A stretch of DNA of 64,000 bases from Antechinus flavipes (Eukaryota). The notes beneath the pieces are model-generated. The model did no database searches. It saw only the letters and a list, made by a program, of their open reading frames with translations, and was not told the DNA's origin. The stretch lies in NCBI RefSeq assembly GCF_016432865.1, contig NC_067403.1, forward strand, positions 248,186,001-248,250,000, read 5' to 3'. A program made the translations under genes and the position numbers. Each line of letters opens with the position of its first letter. Positions within the stretch are counted from its first letter, which is position 1. This document shows, in pieces, positions 60,865 through 64,000 of this stretch.

Positions 60865-63002
60865 GGGACCAGCCCATTGCAAAATGGCAGAGGCTATGCT
60901 GGATCTCAAAGTTCTGTCTTCACAGTGGGTGGCAGGAGCAGAATTGACTACAGTAGTGCCTGAGACTGAGGCATCTTTATTCCTTTAACTCAAGTAACTA
61001 CAAGAACTAAGCCTCAACTTTTCCTTCCCTCTTTATCTGGTCTACTCTCAGTAGTCCAGCCCTTTACTTCCCTCACTGCCTCTGCCCACCTCAGGGGCTG
61101 CCTCCCTCAAGTCACATAATTGCTCTGCCCACTCTGTCAGCTCCCAGAATGGAGTTTTCTAGAGGCCCTGGTATGTCAGGACCTACCAGTGACCCTACGT
61201 TGCTGACCACTCTGTGGACCTAAAGTGAATGATCTGGACCGAGTTGTAGTTCTAATGAATGACCTGAGGACAGGTCAAATCTGAGGACAGATTTGATAAT
61301 CTGCTGGGCCCTGATTGGAAATAATATCCATGTTTTAACCAAGCCCAGTTTGCCAAGAAAGTACTGCCAAAGAGCTTCAAACACGACAACATGGCAAGAT
61401 TCATCTGACAACTCAATATGTCTAGTTTTTGGAAGTTTGTCCACATTGAACAAGGTTGCCTGGTGAAGTCTGAGAAAGATGACACCATGTTTCATCATTC
61501 ATACCTTATCTGGGTCCAGAAGCAGTTCCTAGAGTACTTCAAGAGGAAAGTGACCAGTTTTTTTTAGCATAAAGCATGAGGATACAAAGGTCCAACAGGA
61601 AAATGTTACCAAAATCCTGGCAAATGCTAAGAAGATGAAGGGCAAACAGGAGAATATGGACTTAAAGCTGAGATCCTGAAACACAAGAATAAAAAGCCTT
61701 ATGGAGTGAGATTGACGGCTTTTGGCAGAAGCATGCCCAACATTTAAAGTAGTCAACAGCTGATCCAATTTTACATCTCTAGTTCAATCAAACTAGATGC
61801 TCTGGGTGAAGGGCGAGATCTCCCTGATGTTGAATGATAGTATCAAGATATTTGTTTTTGGAAACAAGACATCTTGTTTCCCTGAGCTGAGTCCCAGCAG
61901 GCAGGCTGTGCTTTGAACTTGGCAAACCCACAATCCTTTGTACTTTGGATGATTTTACTCTCTAGCAAAATGTTGCCTTGACCAGCACGAGGCAATCACT
62001 GAGAGTAGATTTATTGGAGCTCCTCCTATTTCTCGGGAACCTAAAAACCATCCAGCATATCTATCGACATGCTCACAACCCCCCTTATCATATTTCCAAG
62101 TGAACTGAACCAGGTACTTTGCTCCTGTTTCTGTCACACTGTCTCTGGTCCTGCACTCTGCTGGATGCTCTAATGATCCTTAAAATCTGAGACAATCAGC
62201 TGGCAGATTATTCCCACAGAATCCATAAATGACTTCATTGTTCACCCTGAGTCTGCCATGAGAGCTGCTACCCAAGATCTAATTATTGTGTCATGATCTA
62301 ATCCATTTGTAATTTTGCATGAATATAAACTCTGCCTTTGCATGTTAAGCCCTCCTTTTAAGTAGGGGGACTTTTGCAGGAAGTTTTTTCCTTACTCTGA
62401 AATTAATTAAACTTCTCTTTGATTCCTTGCTTTCCTGTCTCTACCTTGTTTTGTTTGGTTCCAGCCATTCACATGGCTCCCTCATTGGCAAGACAGATGA
62501 GAGGATCAATGTCATGATATGAATCAAGGAAGAAGGCCACCATCTCTTTTGGTGGTGGGGACTCCTGTGTCACCTTGAAACTTCATCAATTCCATTCTTC
62601 AGGAGAGTGAGCCCAGCACTGCCAGCTCTGTTTCTGGTACTATGGGTGGACCATCTCCTCTCCCTCTTCATGTCCCCTCCAGATGGACCCTCCTCTCAAC
62701 ACCATGAATGCCATAAGGTGGAATCTGCCTGCCATTTTTCATATTTTCCAACAACTCCACAGAGCAACAACAACCTCCTATCAATTGGTTTGGGCTTTTC
62801 TTGTCTACACTTTATACTAATCCTTCTATTTGTTGATAGAATTTTATTTTAAATTTTTACATGAAAGAAATTTCTCTTCTCCTTCTATATAGAGAATGTA
62901 TATTCATATATACCTACCTACATTCATATATGTATATATATGTTTATGTTTATGAAGACAGACATATCTATAAACTGAGCAGTTATAAAAAATAAGAAAA
63001 AG
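60865..63002 (+). pseudogene. HSF1: Processed HSF1 pseudogene, copy 5 (keeps 5'UTR, DBD and HR-A/B; C-terminus deleted)
   Basis: ATG at 61149: MEFSRGPGMSGPTSDPTLLTTLWT. 61334-61558: [74 protein letters not shown]. Then IKHEDTKVQQENVTKILANAKKMKGKQENMDLKL...SLVQSN*MLWVKGEISLMLNDS. Left TSD at 60845-60864. Confidence 0.93.
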
Positions 63003-63087
63003 AAAAAATCAATTACACTTCTCTGTGCATAAGAAAAATAGAATGATCATATCCCAGAGTGTGAAAGGTACAGACTAGATTTTCTCT

Positions 63088-64000
63088 CTAAGAAAAAAAA
63101 TGATCTGATTTAAGGTGCTGTCCCATCACAGTTTTCCTATAAGCATTTTTGACATCTTTGTTCCTGAGACTGTAGACCAGAGGATTCAACATAGGAATGA
63201 CCATGGTGTAGAACACTGACACCACCTTATCTGAGTCCATTGAATGGTTGAAGCTGGGTTGGAAGTACATGAAGATGACTGTCCCATAAAATATGCTCAC
63301 TGCCGTGAGATGGGAAGCACAGGTGGAGAAGGCTTTCTGGCGGCCTTCTGCAGAACGGATCTTCAAGATGGTGATAAAGATTAGCAAATAAGAAGTAAAG
63401 ATGACAAGAAATGGAAAAAAGGCATTGAATGACCCAAAGATAAAGACTACTAACTCAGTGATATGGATATCAGAGCAAGATAGAACCAGGAGAGGGGGGA
63501 TATCACAGAAAAAGTGATGCACTATGTTTGACCTACAAAAGGCAAGTCTAAATATGTTTCCTGTGACTATGGAGGAGGTCAGAAAGCCAGAAATGTGAGC
63601 ACCAGAGACAAGAGATGCACATAGAGTTGATGTCATGGTGGTGGTGTAATGTAGGGGCTTACACACAGCTGCATGGCGATCATAGGCCATGGTGGCTAAA
63701 AGAAAACTTTCAGTAGTAGCAAAAGCTGCAAAAAAGAACAGCTGTGTAGCACACCCATTAAAGGAAATGGTTTTGTCCCCTCTTAAGAGCCCAGCCATCA
63801 CCTTGGGAGTAACAGTTGAAGAGAAACCAAAATCTACCAGAGAGAGATTACTGAGGAAAAAGTACATGGGTGTGTGGAGGTGGGAATCCCAGAAGATCAA
63901 AGCTACTATGCCCAGGTTCCCTACCAGAGTGATGAGGTAAATGAGAGTGAACATGATAAAGAGAGGAACCTGAAGCTCTGGATCATCTGTTATTCCTTTA
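63088..64000 (-). CDS. OR5B-like: Olfactory receptor OR-6 (OR5B-like), 5' end outside window
   Basis: ORF 63088-63954 stays open to the window edge ([16 protein letters not shown]...). All motifs present. More diverged than OR-1 to OR-5 (TM3 [11 protein letters not shown]). Confidence 0.93.
   Translation of the reverse strand, partial: KGITDDPELQVPLFIMFTLIYLITLVGNLGIVALIFWDSHLHTPMYFFLSNLSLVDFGFSSTVTPKVMAGLLRGDKTISFNGCATQLFFFAAFATTESFLLATMAYDRHAAVCKPLHYTTTMTSTLCASLVSGAHISGFLTSSIVTGNIFRLAFCRSNIVHHFFCDIPPLLVLSCSDIHITELVVFIFGSFNAFFPFLVIFTSYLLIFITILKIRSAEGRQKAFSTCASHLTAVSIFYGTVIFMYFQPSFNHSMDSDKVVSVFYTMVIPMLNPLVYSLRNKDVKNAYRKTVMGQHLKSDHFFS

Noticed and set aside
61149-61850. Functional HSF1-derived protein (DBD + trimerization domain, dominant-negative-like)
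   Set aside because: Stop after 24 codons from a frameshift shared by all copies, plus further stops and frameshifts. Copies 1-4 also lost the start ATG. ORFs 12879-13142, 13696-13938, 48248-48532 and 48391-48585 are fragments.
1-64000. CRISPR arrays, rRNA or prokaryotic systems
   Set aside because: Nothing of the kind is seen. Content is vertebrate OR genes, retroelements and a processed pseudogene.

Overview
AT-rich vertebrate DNA. The L1 3' ends and tRNA-headed SINEs look marsupial (dasyurid-like); this is inference. The window is a tandem cluster of class II olfactory receptor genes resembling the OR5B subfamily, all on the minus strand. Four are complete 318-aa ORFs (15040-15996, 26697-27653, 38348-39304, 49800-50756). 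Two are open ORFs cut by the window edges (1-654, 63088-64000). One is a decayed OR pseudogene (~57810-60378) split by a solo LTR with a nested L1. The middle of the window is four ~11.2-12.3-kb tandem units (8841-55553) joined by an identical junction. Main unexpected result: every OR whose 3' flank is visible, except the pseudogene, sits tail-to-tail with a processed HSF1 (heat shock factor 1) pseudogene on the plus strand. It inserted ~75-95 nt past the OR stop codon and was co-amplified (5 copies). The copies carry complementary deletions, an L1-type target-site duplication split between copies, and a GT-AG intron-like insert. All five are disabled, so this is a co-amplified OR/HSF1-retrocopy cassette, not a demonstrated functional system. 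Each unit also has an internally deleted betaretrovirus-like ERV (with a gamma-type env remnant in the first copy), a truncated L1, copy-specific solo LTRs that order the duplications, and a candidate homeodomain + O/E OR promoter with a non-coding first exon ~4-4.5 kb upstream of each ATG. All alignments and homologies were done by eye and from memory of the protein families; no searches were run, and boundaries marked ~ are approximate.
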